Origin: Cyanobacteriota bacterium
GTDB taxonomy: Bacteria; Cyanobacteriota; Cyanobacteriia; PCC-6307; Cyanobiaceae
Direction: 5' to 3'
Length of the DNA: 64,000 nucleotides
Assembly: GCA_046052125.1 (NCBI GenBank)
Contig: JBJOMY010000001.1
Coordinates: forward strand, 320,001 to 384,000
Shown: piece after piece, positions 1 through 10,220 of the stretch
Position numbering within the stretch: position 1 is the first letter of the stretch
How the letters are laid out: the number at the start of each line of letters is the position of its first letter
Notes under the pieces: model-generated
Database searches by the model: none
What the model saw: only the letters and a program-made list of their open reading frames with translations
Told to the model about the DNA's origin: nothing
Program-made: the position numbers and the translations under genes

Positions 1-1484
1 CCCCCAACCTCTCGCGGCGCCTCAACAACACGGTGCTGCTCAAGCGAGAAGACCTGCAGCCGGTGTTCAGCTTCAAGCTGCGCGGCGCCTACAACAAGAT
101 GGCGGGCCTCAGCCGCGAGGAGCTGGAGCGCGGCGTGATCGCCGCCAGCGCCGGCAACCACGCCCAGGGCGTGGCCCTTGGTGCCCAGAAACTCGGCTGC
201 CGCGCCGTGATCGTGATGCCGGTCACCACACCGGAGATGAAGGTGCGGGCCGTTGCCGCCCGCGGGGCGGAGGTGGTGCTCCATGGCGACAACTACGACG
301 CCGCCTGCAGCGAGGCCTACCGGCTGGCGGCTGAGCGCGGCCTCACCTTTATTCATCCCTTTGACGACCCGGATGTGATCGCCGGCCAGGGCACCATCGC
401 CCTGGAAATCCTGCGCCAATGCTCCGAGCCGCCCGATGCCATCTACGTGGCCGTGGGCGGCGGCGGCCTGATCGCCGGCATCGCCTCCTATGTGAAATCC
501 CTCTGGCCCCAGGTGGAAGTAATCGGGGTGGAGCCGGTGGATGCCGATGCGATGACACGCTCGCTGGCCCTCGGCGAGCGGGTGAAGCTCGAGCAGGTGG
601 GCCTGTTCGCCGATGGCGTGGCCGTGCGGGAGGTGGGCGAGCAAACCTTTGAGCTGGCCCGACGCCATGTGGACGCGATGGTGACGGTGGACACCGATGC
701 CATCTGCGCAGCCATCAAAGACGTGTTCGAAGACACGCGTTCGATCCTTGAGCCCGCCGGCGCCCTGGCCGTGGCTGGCATGAAGGCGGATGTGGCACGC
801 CGCAACCTGAGCGGCCGCACCCTGGTGGCGGTGGCCTGCGGCGCCAACATGAATTTCGATCGGCTGCGCTTCGTGGCCGAACGCACCGAGATCAGCGAAG
901 ACCGCGAGGCGATGCTGGCGGTGGAGATCCCGGAGCGGGCCGGCAGCCTCAGGGAGTTCTGCACGCTGCTCGGCGATCGCAACCTCACTGAATTCAGCTA
1001 CCGGCTCGCCGATCCTTCCCGCGCCCACATCTTTGTGGGGGTGCAAACCAGCGGCAGCCGCGATGAACAGGAGCTGATCGATCAGCTCAATGCCGCCGGC
1101 TTCCCCTGCCTCGATCTCTCGAACGACGAGCTCTCAAAGCTGCACCTGCGCCACATGGTTGGCGGGCGCATGCCGGCAGCCGCGGCTGAAGCCTGCAGCC
1201 ACACCCGTGAACTGCTTTATCGCTTCGAGTTTCCGGAGCGGCCGGGGGCGCTGATGCGCTTCCTCAGCAGCCTGCATCCCAACTGGAACATCAGCATCTT
1301 TCACTACCGCAACCACGGCGCCGACGTGGGCCGCATCGTGGTGGGCGTGCAGGTGCCGCCTGAGGAACTCGGGGAATGGCAGAGCTTCCTCGATGGCCTC
1401 GGCTATCAATACGTGGACGAAACCGACAACCCGGCCTATCGCCTCTTCCTGGGCGAGGTGGCCGGCGCCGTGGGGGTGGGATAA
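1..1484 (+). CDS. ilvA: Threonine ammonia-lyase, biosynthetic (5' end lies outside the window)
   Basis: KREDLQPVFSFKLRGAYN PLP-lysine motif, SAGNHAQG, VGGGGL, two C-terminal ACT-like repeats (FEFPERPGAL...FHYRNHG); frame open to the window edge. Confidence 0.97.
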   Translation, partial: PNLSRRLNNTVLLKREDLQPVFSFKLRGAYNKMAGLSREELERGVIAASAGNHAQGVALGAQKLGCRAVIVMPVTTPEMKVRAVAARGAEVVLHGDNYDAACSEAYRLAAERGLTFIHPFDDPDVIAGQGTIALEILRQCSEPPDAIYVAVGGGGLIAGIASYVKSLWPQVEVIGVEPVDADAMTRSLALGERVKLEQVGLFADGVAVREVGEQTFELARRHVDAMVTVDTDAICAAIKDVFEDTRSILEPAGALAVAGMKADVARRNLSGRTLVAVACGANMNFDRLRFVAERTEISEDREAMLAVEIPERAGSLREFCTLLGDRNLTEFSYRLADPSRAHIFVGVQTSGSRDEQELIDQLNAAGFPCLDLSNDELSKLHLRHMVGGRMPAAAAEACSHTRELLYRFEFPERPGALMRFLSSLHPNWNISIFHYRNHGADVGRIVVGVQVPPEELGEWQSFLDGLGYQYVDETDNPAYRLFLGEVAGAVGVG

Positions 1485-1505
1485 CTTGCGCCTGAAGCTG
1501 GGGAC

Positions 1506-2144
1506 GTGATGGACGACACAACCCAGAACGCGTCGATCGAAGAGGAGCTCCAGCGAGAGCCCCCCGCAGCGGAGCTGTCGCTGCCAGCCAGGCTCGAGGC
1601 GATCCTCTATTTGAAGGGTCGCTCCATGACCCTTGGCGAGCTGGCCGAGATCAGCAGCGTGAGCCGTGAGCAGGTAGAGCTGGGCCTGATCACCCTGATG
1701 GCCGATTACGCCCACCGCGATACCGCCCTCGAAATCCGCCAGGAAGGCCAGCGCTACAGCCTGCAGCTGCGCGATGGCCTCGGCGAACTGGTGCAGAACC
1801 TGCTGCCGGTGGATCTCTCCACCGCCGCCCTGCGCACCCTGGCCACCATCGCCCTGAAGAAACGGATCCTGCAATCGGATCTGGTGGAGCTGCGCGGCTC
1901 CGGCGCCTACGACCACATCAAGGAACTGCTGGCCCAGAACTTCATCGAGCGCAAACGCCAGAGCGAGGGCCGCTCCTACTGGCTCACCCTGAGCGAGAAG
2001 TTCCACCGCACCTTCTCGATCAAAACCGAGGAGCTCAAACCGCGCCGCGCCGCCGCAGCCGAACCGGCTGTCGAACCGTTGCCCGAGCCAGTGCTCACCA
2101 GCAGCGCTGCGCTCAGCGACGACGACTGGGAGCAAGCGGCCTGA
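1506..2144 (+). CDS. scpB: SMC-Scp complex subunit ScpB
   Basis: LEAILYL...LSTAALRTLATIALK...DLVELRGSGAYDHIKELL. Confidence 0.92.
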   Translation: MMDDTTQNASIEEELQREPPAAELSLPARLEAILYLKGRSMTLGELAEISSVSREQVELGLITLMADYAHRDTALEIRQEGQRYSLQLRDGLGELVQNLLPVDLSTAALRTLATIALKKRILQSDLVELRGSGAYDHIKELLAQNFIERKRQSEGRSYWLTLSEKFHRTFSIKTEELKPRRAAAAEPAVEPLPEPVLTSSAALSDDDWEQAA

Positions 2145-2196
2145 AGCGCCAGGCTCCGGCACCGCTCCATAAACTCACTGCAAGCAGAGATCTCAC

Positions 2197-2486
2197 ATGT
2201 CCCCACTGGTTGGCGATCTGATCGGCGTTCTGCGCAGACCATCTCGATCTACACGCTGATCCTGCTGGTGCGGGTGCTGCTCAGCTGGTTCCCCAATCTC
2301 GACTGGGGCAATCCGGTGCTCTCCACCGTGAGCGCCGTAACCGATCCTTATCTCAACGCCTTCCGCGGCCTGATCCCGCCCCTGGGGGGCCTGGATCTCT
2401 CTGCGATCATCGCCTTCCTCGCCCTGCAGCTGATCCAGTCGCTGCTGGAGCAGAGCCGCGGCTTCTTCTATCAGGGCATCTACTGA
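2197..2486 (+). pseudogene. YggT/Ycf19 family membrane protein with an apparent 1-nt deletion near 2232 (pseudogene or sequencing error)
   Basis: ATG 2197 gives MSPLVGDLIGVL; the next frame continues AQTISIYTLILLVRVLLSWFPNLDW...TDPYLNAFRGLIPPLGGLDLS (YggT motif); CTG and GCG share one G. Confidence 0.75.
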
Positions 2487-2492
2487 ACAGCT

Positions 2493-2990
2493 CTAAGGAG
2501 CGTCCGCGACGGCCTGCTCCAGCGGAAGCAGGTCATCGAACTCACCAGCCCGGGTGCGCACAGGGGCGCTGAAGCCGCGCGCTTTCACGTTGGAGAAGGT
2601 GAACGGCCCAGGTGTGCCAGCGGGCACCGCCAGCCTCAGAGCAAAGCTCGAATCACCGGGGGGCACATCGCCGATCGATCCCACCCGCGCACGGTTCTGC
2701 AACACCGGCTCGCCGCTGGCATCCAGGATCTGAGCGAACACATCGGTATCCACCACGGGCTTACGGCCTGGATTGCTCACCGTGCCGCGCAGCACAAAGC
2801 AGCTGGCTCCGCTGGGGCGGCGCAGCTGAGGCTGAGCGCCGATGTCGTCGCTGGGGCAGGGATCGAGGCTCACCTCGCTCACGCTGAGGTTGGCTGCCAG
2901 GGCAGGAGCTGCCCAAGGGCCCGCGAGCACCAGGCCCAGCACCAGGGCTGCAGCGAACAGCGAGCGGAGTGGCCGGAGCAGCACGGGCAT
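2493..2990 (-). CDS. Hypothetical exported protein
   Basis: Signal-peptide-like N-terminus (…AAPALA), two Cys, fills the gap between neighbours. Confidence 0.75.
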   Translation of the reverse strand: MPVLLRPLRSLFAAALVLGLVLAGPWAAPALAANLSVSEVSLDPCPSDDIGAQPQLRRPSGASCFVLRGTVSNPGRKPVVDTDVFAQILDASGEPVLQNRARVGSIGDVPPGDSSFALRLAVPAGTPGPFTFSNVKARGFSAPVRTRAGEFDDLLPLEQAVADAP

Positions 2991-3018
2991 CACAACAACG
3001 GATCCGGCAGCACAGCGC

Positions 3019-3348
3019 TCAGCGATGGTCACCGCTGCCTGAGATCACGTTACGGGCGGCGCGGCTGGCCAACTTGTTGAGGTTGGCCTCGGCGATCTCC
3101 GAAAGCTCAAAGCCCAGTTCGCTGGAGAGCTGGGCCACGTACCAGAGCACATCGCCCAGCTCCAGCTTCAGCGCCTCGCGCACCTCCGGCGAAAAGGTGC
3201 CGCCCTGATCACGCAGCACCTTCTTCACCTTGTCGGCCACCTCACCGGCCTCTCCGCAGAGGCCGAGGGTGGGATAAATCGGGTTGGCGCCCACATCCGG
3301 GTAGCGGGCCGTGCTGCGTGCACCCTGCTGATAGACGTTGAGATCCAT
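3019..3348 (-). CDS. MazG-like nucleoside triphosphate pyrophosphohydrolase
   Basis: LGLCGEAGEVADKVKK...ELGDVLWY motif; start set at ATG 3348 (MDLNVYQ). Confidence 0.9.
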   Translation of the reverse strand: MDLNVYQQGARSTARYPDVGANPIYPTLGLCGEAGEVADKVKKVLRDQGGTFSPEVREALKLELGDVLWYVAQLSSELGFELSEIAEANLNKLASRAARNVISGSGDHR

Positions 3349-3408
3349 TGGCAGAGCAGGGCTGGCGGGCTCCGATGATAGGGTCGGCCTCAACTTTGGC
3401 CCTGCCGA

Positions 3409-4866
3409 ATGGCCCTGCCCGATCTCACGCGTCGCACCAAGATCGTGGCCACCATCGGCCCTGCTACCGAATCTCCCGAACAGCTGCGTCTGCTGATCGA
3501 AGCCGGTGCCACCACGTTCCGGCTGAATTTCTCCCACGGCGACCACAGCGAGCACGCCGCCCGCATCCGCACCATCCGCCAGGTGGCCGAGGAGATGCGC
3601 GTGCACATCGGCATCCTCCAAGACCTCCAGGGCCCCAAGATCCGCCTCGGCCGCTTCAGCGGGGGCCCGATCACCGTGGCCAAGGGTGATGCCTTCACCC
3701 TCACCTCCCGGGATGTGGCCTGCACCCAGGAGATCGCCACCGTCACCTACGACAAGCTGGCCGATGAAGTGGTGGCCGGCAGCCGCATCCTTCTCGATGA
3801 CGGCCGCGTGGAAATGGTGGTGGATCGCGTCGATAAGAGCGATCAAACCCTCTATTGCACCGTCACCGTGGGCGGGGTGCTCTCCAACAACAAAGGGGTG
3901 AATTTCCCCGATGTGCAGCTCTCGATCCGCGCCCTCACCGACAAGGACCGCACCGATCTGGCCTTCGGCCTGCAGCAGGGCGTGGATTGGGTGGCCCTCA
4001 GCTTTGTGCGCAATCCCTCCGACATGGAGGAGATCAAGGCCCTGATCGCCTCCCATGGCCACAACACCCCGGTGGTGGCCAAGATCGAGAAATTCGAAGC
4101 GATCGATCAGATCGACGCGATCCTGCCCCTCTGCGATGGGGTGATGGTGGCCCGTGGCGACCTGGGTGTGGAGATGCCGGCGGAGGAAGTGCCGCTGCTG
4201 CAGAAGGAGCTGATCCGCAAGTGCAACGGCCTCGGCATCCCGGTGATCACCGCCACCCAGATGCTCGATTCGATGGTGAGTTGCCCGCGCCCCACCCGCG
4301 CTGAGGTGAGCGATGTGGCCAACGCCATCCTCGATGGCACCGATGCCGTGATGCTCTCCAACGAGAGCGCCGTGGGCGACTTCCCCGTGGAAGCGGTGGC
4401 CACCATGAGCCAGATCGCCCGGCGCATCGAGCGGGATTACCCCCGCCGCGAAAACGACAGCCAGCTGGCCTCCACCATCCCCAACGCCATCAGCCACGCG
4501 GTGAGTTCCATCGCCCGTCAGCTCGAAGCGGCGGCGATCCTCCCCCTCACCAAGAGCGGCGCCACAGCGCGCAACGTGAGCAAGTTCCGGCCCAGCACAC
4601 CGATCCTGGCGATCACCAGCGAGAAGAAGGTGGCCTCCCAGCTGCAACTCGTGTGGGGCGTGCACCCGTTGCTAGTCGTGGATGCCGACAGCGCCACCGC
4701 CAGCTTCAACCGCGCCATGGAGATGGCCACCGATGAAGCGCTGTTGCGCGAGGGCGATCTGGTGATCCAAACCGCCGGCACCGTGGCCGATGTGAGCGGC
4801 TCCACCGACCTGGTGAAGGTGAGCATCGTGGGCAAGGGCACGGTGCTCGATCCCACCATCATTTGA
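3409..4866 (+). CDS. pyk: Pyruvate kinase
   Basis: RRTKIVATIGPA, RLNFSHG, DLQGPKIR, AKIEK, MVARGDLGVE, ATQMLDSM, RPTRAEVSDVANA. Confidence 0.98.
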   Translation: MALPDLTRRTKIVATIGPATESPEQLRLLIEAGATTFRLNFSHGDHSEHAARIRTIRQVAEEMRVHIGILQDLQGPKIRLGRFSGGPITVAKGDAFTLTSRDVACTQEIATVTYDKLADEVVAGSRILLDDGRVEMVVDRVDKSDQTLYCTVTVGGVLSNNKGVNFPDVQLSIRALTDKDRTDLAFGLQQGVDWVALSFVRNPSDMEEIKALIASHGHNTPVVAKIEKFEAIDQIDAILPLCDGVMVARGDLGVEMPAEEVPLLQKELIRKCNGLGIPVITATQMLDSMVSCPRPTRAEVSDVANAILDGTDAVMLSNESAVGDFPVEAVATMSQIARRIERDYPRRENDSQLASTIPNAISHAVSSIARQLEAAAILPLTKSGATARNVSKFRPSTPILAITSEKKVASQLQLVWGVHPLLVVDADSATASFNRAMEMATDEALLREGDLVIQTAGTVADVSGSTDLVKVSIVGKGTVLDPTII

Positions 4867-4908
4867 TCCAGGCCTGCAGCATGTAGGCCCGCCCATTCGC
4901 CAGAGGCC

Positions 4909-6138
4909 ATGGCCCTAAAACTCGCCATGGGTGAAACCGTGGGGATGGCTTTGGCCACCCTGCGGGCCAACCGCCTGAGATCACTGCTCACGATGCTGGG
5001 CATCGTGATCGGCAATGCCTCGGTGATCACCCTAGTGGGGGTGGGTCGCGGCGCCCAAAACCTGGCGGAGGGTCAGCTCAACACCCTCGGCGCCAACGTG
5101 CTGTTTGTGGTGCCCGGCAACAACGACAGCCGCCGCCAGGGCATCGACTTTCCGAAAACCCTGGTGCTCGAGGACGCCGAAGCGATCGCCGAGCAGGTGC
5201 CGAGCGTGAAACGGGTGGTGCCCCAGATCACCTTGAGCGCGGTGCTGCAGGCCGGGGCCAAGAGTTCAAGCGCCACGGTGTCGGGAATCACGCCTGAATT
5301 CCTGAGCGTGCGCCGCTTTGAGGTGGCCCAGGGGCGCTTCATCGATCAGCGCGACCTCGAGGGCGCCCGCAACGTGGTGGTGATCGGCCCCGACCTGCGC
5401 GAAAAACTGCTGCCCCTGGGCTCCGCCATCGGCAAGCAACTGCGCATTCGCGATCAGAGCTTTGAGGTGATCGGTGTGATGGCGCCGAAAGGCGCGGTGT
5501 TCGGTCAGAACCAGGACGAGGCCGCCTACATCCCGCTCTCCACCATGGTGAGCAAGCTGTCGGGCCGGGATCCCACCTATGGGGTGAGCCTCAACTTCAT
5601 CAGCGTGGAAGCGCGGGATGAAGCGAGCACCAGCGCCGCCAAATTCCAGATCACCAACCTGCTGCGCCAGCGGCACAACATCCTTCGGGAAGACGATTTC
5701 GCCGTGCGCTCTCAAAAGGATGCGCTTTCCATCGTGGGTACGATCACCGGCGGTCTCACGCTGATGCTCGGGGCGATCGGCGCCATCTCCCTGCTGGTGG
5801 GGGGCATCGGGATCATGAACATCATGTTGGTGTCGGTGAGTGAGCGCACCTCCGAGATCGGCCTGCGCAAAGCGATCGGCGCCCGCAGCAGCGATGTGCT
5901 CGCTCAGTTCCTGGTGGAAGCGCTGGTGCTCTCCAGCCTGGGGGGCGTGATCGGCAGCGCCCTCGGCCTCTCAGCCGTTACAGCCGTGGCTGCCTTCACG
6001 CCGCTCCCCGCCGCGATCGGTGGCGTGAGCGTGCTGATCACGGTGGGGCTGTCCGGAACGATCGGCCTGGTGTTCGGCGTGCTGCCAGCCCGGCGCGCCG
6101 CGCGGCTCGATCCGATCACGGCCCTGCGCAGCCTGTAA
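4909..6138 (+). CDS. ABC transporter permease, MacB/FtsX family
   Basis: RSLLTMLGIVIG, GGIGIMNIMLVSVSERTSEIGLRKAIGA, PARRAARLDPITALR. Confidence 0.92.
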   Translation: MALKLAMGETVGMALATLRANRLRSLLTMLGIVIGNASVITLVGVGRGAQNLAEGQLNTLGANVLFVVPGNNDSRRQGIDFPKTLVLEDAEAIAEQVPSVKRVVPQITLSAVLQAGAKSSSATVSGITPEFLSVRRFEVAQGRFIDQRDLEGARNVVVIGPDLREKLLPLGSAIGKQLRIRDQSFEVIGVMAPKGAVFGQNQDEAAYIPLSTMVSKLSGRDPTYGVSLNFISVEARDEASTSAAKFQITNLLRQRHNILREDDFAVRSQKDALSIVGTITGGLTLMLGAIGAISLLVGGIGIMNIMLVSVSERTSEIGLRKAIGARSSDVLAQFLVEALVLSSLGGVIGSALGLSAVTAVAAFTPLPAAIGGVSVLITVGLSGTIGLVFGVLPARRAARLDPITALRSL

Positions 6139-6311
6139 GCCCGGCGCCGTCTCTGAACCCTTGGGCCGGGGTCGCTTCAGCCACCGAAATAGCGGCGCCC
6201 AAAAAGAAAGAAAAGCCGAAGAAAGAAAAAGCGTCGCCAAACAGCATCAACTGCGACCATTCGCGCGGCCGCTGGATGGCTTGATAAGGCTTCGATTCGG
6301 CAAGCCTTCCC

Positions 6312-6605
6312 TTGGCGCAGCTCACCTGTGGCTATCGCAACAGCAGCGATCGGATGGTGATCGTGCGTTGCATCGGGCCCCAAGAGTTCTTTCTGGAGCG
6401 CGTGGTGTTCCCGTTTGAGCTGCTGAGTTTCCTGGCACCGGCCGAGAGCGTGGTGCAGATCTGGACCCATGGCCTCGGCGGACCGGAGCTGCGCGAAACC
6501 ATCAAGGTGGAGGAGCTCGGCGTGGAAGCAGCTGATCTTCTGGAGGCTCGCCAGCCAATCAGCAGCATTGGTGAAGCGGCTTCGAACTGGCAGCAGGCCT
6601 CCTGA
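6312..6605 (+). CDS. DUF1830-like cyanobacterial protein
   Basis: CGYRNSSDRMVIVRC...FFLERVVFPFELLSF.AP pattern. Confidence 0.75.
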   Translation: MAQLTCGYRNSSDRMVIVRCIGPQEFFLERVVFPFELLSFLAPAESVVQIWTHGLGGPELRETIKVEELGVEAADLLEARQPISSIGEAASNWQQAS

Positions 6606-6689
6606 ATGAGAGAGCGATTGCCCCAACAATCCCGATCCTGCGGGGGCTCGCTTTACACTTGTTAAACATCAAGACCTACTTGAGCGGCC

Positions 6690-8654
6690 ATGAATCAGCG
6701 CTGGCGCACCATTGCCCTCTGGGTGCTCCCTATCGGCGTCGCCCTGTTCCTGGGTTGGCAGGTGCTCGGTAACGGTGGCGGCCGGATGGCAGCCCCGAGC
6801 GGCCCCACCGTGGCTCCTCGCAATGCAGCAGTGGCCCGCATGAGCTACGGCCGCTTCCTCGACTACGTGGATGCCGGCCGCGTCACCGCCGTTGACATCT
6901 TTGATGGTGGCCGCACTGCCGTGGTGGAAGCGGTCGACCCCGACCTCGACAACCGCGTGCAACGCCTGCGCGTGGATCTGCCCGGTCTGGCGCCTGAGCT
7001 GGTGAACAACCTCAAAGACCAGGGCATCAGCTTCGACATTCACCCGCCCCGCCAGGCTCCTCCGGCCCTCGGCCTGCTGGGCAACCTGCTCTTCCCGCTG
7101 CTGCTGATCGGCGTCCTGGTGTTTCTGTCGCGCCGCGGCAATGGCATGCCCGGCGGCCCCGGCCAGGCGATGCAGTTCGGCAAGACCAAGGCGCGCTTCG
7201 CGATGGAAGCCGAAACCGGCGTCAAGTTTGACGACGTGGCCGGTGTGGAAGAAGCCAAGCAAGACCTCCAGGAGGTGGTCACCTTCCTGAAAACCCCTGA
7301 GCGCTTCACCTCCGTGGGCGCCAAGATTCCCAAAGGCGTGCTGCTGGTGGGCCCTCCCGGCACCGGTAAAACCCTTCTGGCCAAGGCGATCGCCGGCGAA
7401 GCCGGTGTGCCCTTCTTCTCCCTCTCCGGTTCGGAGTTTGTCGAGATGTTCGTGGGCGTTGGCGCCAGCCGTGTGCGCGATCTGTTCAAGCGCGCCAAGG
7501 AAAACAGCCCCTGCCTGATCTTTATCGACGAGATCGATGCGGTGGGTCGTCAGCGCGGCGCCGGTGTGGGCGGCGGCAACGACGAGCGAGAGCAGACCCT
7601 CAACCAGCTCCTCACCGAGATGGACGGCTTCGAGGGCAACAGCGGCATCATCATCATTGCCGCCACCAACCGGGCCGACGTGCTCGATTCGGCGCTGCTG
7701 CGTCCCGGTCGATTCGACCGCCAGGTGCAGGTGGACGTGCCCGACATCAAGGGCCGTCTTTCCGTTCTGAAGGTGCACTCCCGCGATAAGAAGCTCGCCG
7801 ACGACGTGAGCCTCGAGGCGATTGCCCGCCGCACCCCTGGCTTCTCCGGTGCCGACCTGGCCAACCTCCTTAACGAAGCGGCGATCCTCACGGCCCGCCG
7901 CCGTAAGGACGCCACCAGCCTCGCCGAGATCGACGACGCTGTTGATCGCATCATCGCCGGCATGGAGGGCAAACCCCTCACCGATGGTCGCAGTAAGCGC
8001 CTGATCGCCTACCACGAAGTGGGCCATGCCCTGGTGGGCACCCTGGTGAAGGCCCACGATCCTGTGCAGAAGGTCACCCTGATTCCCCGCGGTCAGGCCC
8101 AGGGCCTCACCTGGTTCTCCCCCGATGAAGAACAGATGCTGGTGAGCCGCGCCCAGCTGCGCGCCCGCATCATGGGCGCCCTCGGCGGCCGCGCTGCTGA
8201 GGATGTGGTGTTTGGCTACGCCGAAGTCACCACCGGCGCCGGCGGTGATATCCAGCAGGTGGCCTCGATCGCGCGCCAGATGGTCACCCGCTTCGGCATG
8301 AGTGAAGTAGGCCAGCTCTCCCTGGAAGCCGGCAACCAGGAGGTGTTCCTGGGCCGCGATCTGATGACCCGCAGCGATGGCTCCGATGCCACCGCCGCCC
8401 GCGTCGACCTGGCCGTGCGCCAGATCGTGCACAACTGCTACCAGGAAACCGTGAAGCTCGTGGCCGAAAACCGCGCCTGCATGGACCGCGTGGTGGAAGT
8501 GCTGATCGAGAAGGAAAGCCTTGATGGCGATGAATTCCGCGCCCTGGTGAGCGAGTTCACCTCCATTCCCGAGAAGGAGCGCTTCTCTCCGTTCCTGAGT
8601 GACAGCGACACCAGCAAGGAAGCTGAGCCCGCTGCCGAACCGGCCCAGGCCTGA
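6690..8654 (+). CDS. ftsH2: ATP-dependent zinc metalloprotease FtsH (FtsH2 type)
   Basis: Two TM segments, [10 protein letters not shown] luminal motif, [20 protein letters not shown] zinc motif, GQAQGLTWF. Confidence 0.93.
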   Translation: MNQRWRTIALWVLPIGVALFLGWQVLGNGGGRMAAPSGPTVAPRNAAVARMSYGRFLDYVDAGRVTAVDIFDGGRTAVVEAVDPDLDNRVQRLRVDLPGLAPELVNNLKDQGISFDIHPPRQAPPALGLLGNLLFPLLLIGVLVFLSRRGNGMPGGPGQAMQFGKTKARFAMEAETGVKFDDVAGVEEAKQDLQEVVTFLKTPERFTSVGAKIPKGVLLVGPPGTGKTLLAKAIAGEAGVPFFSLSGSEFVEMFVGVGASRVRDLFKRAKENSPCLIFIDEIDAVGRQRGAGVGGGNDEREQTLNQLLTEMDGFEGNSGIIIIAATNRADVLDSALLRPGRFDRQVQVDVPDIKGRLSVLKVHSRDKKLADDVSLEAIARRTPGFSGADLANLLNEAAILTARRRKDATSLAEIDDAVDRIIAGMEGKPLTDGRSKRLIAYHEVGHALVGTLVKAHDPVQKVTLIPRGQAQGLTWFSPDEEQMLVSRAQLRARIMGALGGRAAEDVVFGYAEVTTGAGGDIQQVASIARQMVTRFGMSEVGQLSLEAGNQEVFLGRDLMTRSDGSDATAARVDLAVRQIVHNCYQETVKLVAENRACMDRVVEVLIEKESLDGDEFRALVSEFTSIPEKERFSPFLSDSDTSKEAEPAAEPAQA

Positions 8655-8680
8655 TCCACCTTCCAGCGATCCCCTTCCAG

Positions 8681-8709
8681 AGCCCGCACCCAGGTGCGGG
8701 CTTTTTTTT
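8681..8709 (+). terminator. Rho-independent terminator of ftsH
   Basis: AGCCCGCACC-CA-GGTGCGGGCT followed by a T run. Confidence 0.9.
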
Positions 8710-8848
8710 AGCGCCGCTTACGGCAGCGGTCGGAGCAGTAGATCACTTCCTCCCATACCGTGGCCCACTTTTTGCGCCATAAAAAAGGCCTGCCGCATAC
8801 AGGGCAGACCTTGCTAGGGCGCTCTGAAGGAGGGCGCCCTTTGCCCAT
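8708..8848 (-). CDS. DUF2256 family small Cys-rich protein (46 aa; below the ORF-track cutoff)
   Basis: Hand translation [46 protein letters not shown]. Confidence 0.88.
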   Translation of the reverse strand: MGKGRPPSERPSKVCPVCGRPFLWRKKWATVWEEVIYCSDRCRKRR

Positions 8849-8858
8849 CGGCCGCTGC

Positions 8859-9449
8859 TTAGACGGCACGCACTGGACGCTTATCGATCACCTTGTCGAT
8901 CAGGCCGTATTCAGCGGCTTCAACGGGGGACATGAAGAAGTCGCGGTCGGTGTCTTCCTCGATGCGGCTGAGGGGCTGACCGGTGCGATCGGAGAGCTCC
9001 TGGTTGAGCTTCTTCTTGAGATAGAGAATCTCGTCTGCCTGAATGCGGATGTCGCTGGCCTGACCGCGGGCACCACCCAAGGGCTGGTGGATCATGATCC
9101 GCGAGTGGGTGAGGCTGCTGCGCTTGCCCTTGGCACCGGCGCAGAGCAGGAAGGCACCCATCGAGGCAGCGAGGCCCACGCACACGGTGTGAACATCGGG
9201 CTTGATGTGCTGCATCGTGTCGAAGATGCCGAGGCCGTCGTAGACGGAGCCGCCTGGGGAGTTGATGTAGAGGTAGATGTCCTTCTCAGGATCCTCAGCC
9301 TCCAGGAACAGCAGCTGAGCCACGATCCGGTTGGCGGATTCCGAGGTGACCGGCTCACCCAAGAAGATGATCCGCTCGCGCAGCAGACGGGAATAGATAT
9401 CGAACGCGCGCTCGCCCCGGCCCGACTCTTCGATCACGATCGGGATCAT
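8859..9449 (-). CDS. clpP: ATP-dependent Clp protease proteolytic subunit
   Basis: [51 protein letters not shown]. Confidence 0.97.
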   Translation of the reverse strand: MIPIVIEESGRGERAFDIYSRLLRERIIFLGEPVTSESANRIVAQLLFLEAEDPEKDIYLYINSPGGSVYDGLGIFDTMQHIKPDVHTVCVGLAASMGAFLLCAGAKGKRSSLTHSRIMIHQPLGGARGQASDIRIQADEILYLKKKLNQELSDRTGQPLSRIEEDTDRDFFMSPVEAAEYGLIDKVIDKRPVRAV

Positions 9450-9533
9450 CGACACAGGGTGCTCAACAGCTGGCGGGATCCTACTGAGCTTCAACCGAGT
9501 TCAGCGTTGCTCGCGAGCTAGGGTCCACGCACC

Positions 9534-10220
9534 TTGAACCATCTGGACGTGGGCGCCAGCCAGACCGTTGCCGACAGCAAGCGTGTTTTCCATAGCGCCT
9601 TTCCTTATGTGATTGCCCCGATCCACCGCCGCTTGGTGGATGAACTGCTGGTGGAGCTACACCTGCTCAGCCACCAGAAGGGGTTTCAGGCCGATGGCCT
9701 CTTCGCGGTGGGCCTCACCCAGGTGTTCGACAGCTTCTCCAACGGCTATCGCCCCGAATCGCAGCGGGAGCCGCTGTTCCAGGCCCTCTGCAGCGCCAAT
9801 GGCTTTGATGCCGTGGCCCTGCGTGCCAAGGCTGATGAGGCCCGCAAGAGCGTGGGCGTGCACAGCGTGGACGAGGTGAAGGGTTGGCTCTCCAGCAAGG
9901 GCGAAGGCGCACCCGCGTTGCTCTCCAGCCTCCTCAACGAGGTGCAGCGCCCCAACTTCCACTACTCACGCCTGGTGGCCGTGGGTCTGCTCAGCCTGCT
10001 GCAGAGCGCCCAGGGCGCCGATGCCATGGATCCGCAGGCCCTTCGCAGCGCTGCCCATGAGGTGGGCGAGGCCATGGGCCTGATCAAAGACCGCGTGGAT
10101 AAAGACCTCAGCCTCTACGCCAGCAACATCGAGAAGATGAGCCAGGCGGTGGAATTGATGGAGGAAACCCTCGCCGCTGAGCGCCGCCGCCGCGAGCGGG
10201 CCGAGAGCAGCGCTACCTGA
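9534..10220 (+). CDS. psb29: Photosystem II biogenesis protein Psb29/Thf1
   Basis: TVADSKRVFH...VDELLVELHLL...HYSRLVAVGL...DKDLSLY. Confidence 0.92.
   Translation: MNHLDVGASQTVADSKRVFHSAFPYVIAPIHRRLVDELLVELHLLSHQKGFQADGLFAVGLTQVFDSFSNGYRPESQREPLFQALCSANGFDAVALRAKADEARKSVGVHSVDEVKGWLSSKGEGAPALLSSLLNEVQRPNFHYSRLVAVGLLSLLQSAQGADAMDPQALRSAAHEVGEAMGLIKDRVDKDLSLYASNIEKMSQAVELMEETLAAERRRRERAESSAT

Noticed and set aside
3349..4665. 548-aa minus-strand ORF that appears to extend the MazG-like gene
   Set aside because: The extension is the antisense shadow of pyk; MazG similarity starts at ATG 3348
6201..6230. Purine-rich A-tract upstream of the DUF1830-like gene
   Set aside because: Short and low-complexity with no repeat unit or clear structure; at most a promoter element
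6651..6670. Possible HLR1/RpaB site before ftsH2 (TTTACACT-TG-TTAAACAT)
   Set aside because: Biologically plausible, but the second half-site matches too poorly to call
6669..8432. Long antisense ORFs (also 31381-32880, 59808-61778, 41720-42826 and others)
   Set aside because: Shadows of real genes, expected from high-GC codon bias; no recognisable motifs
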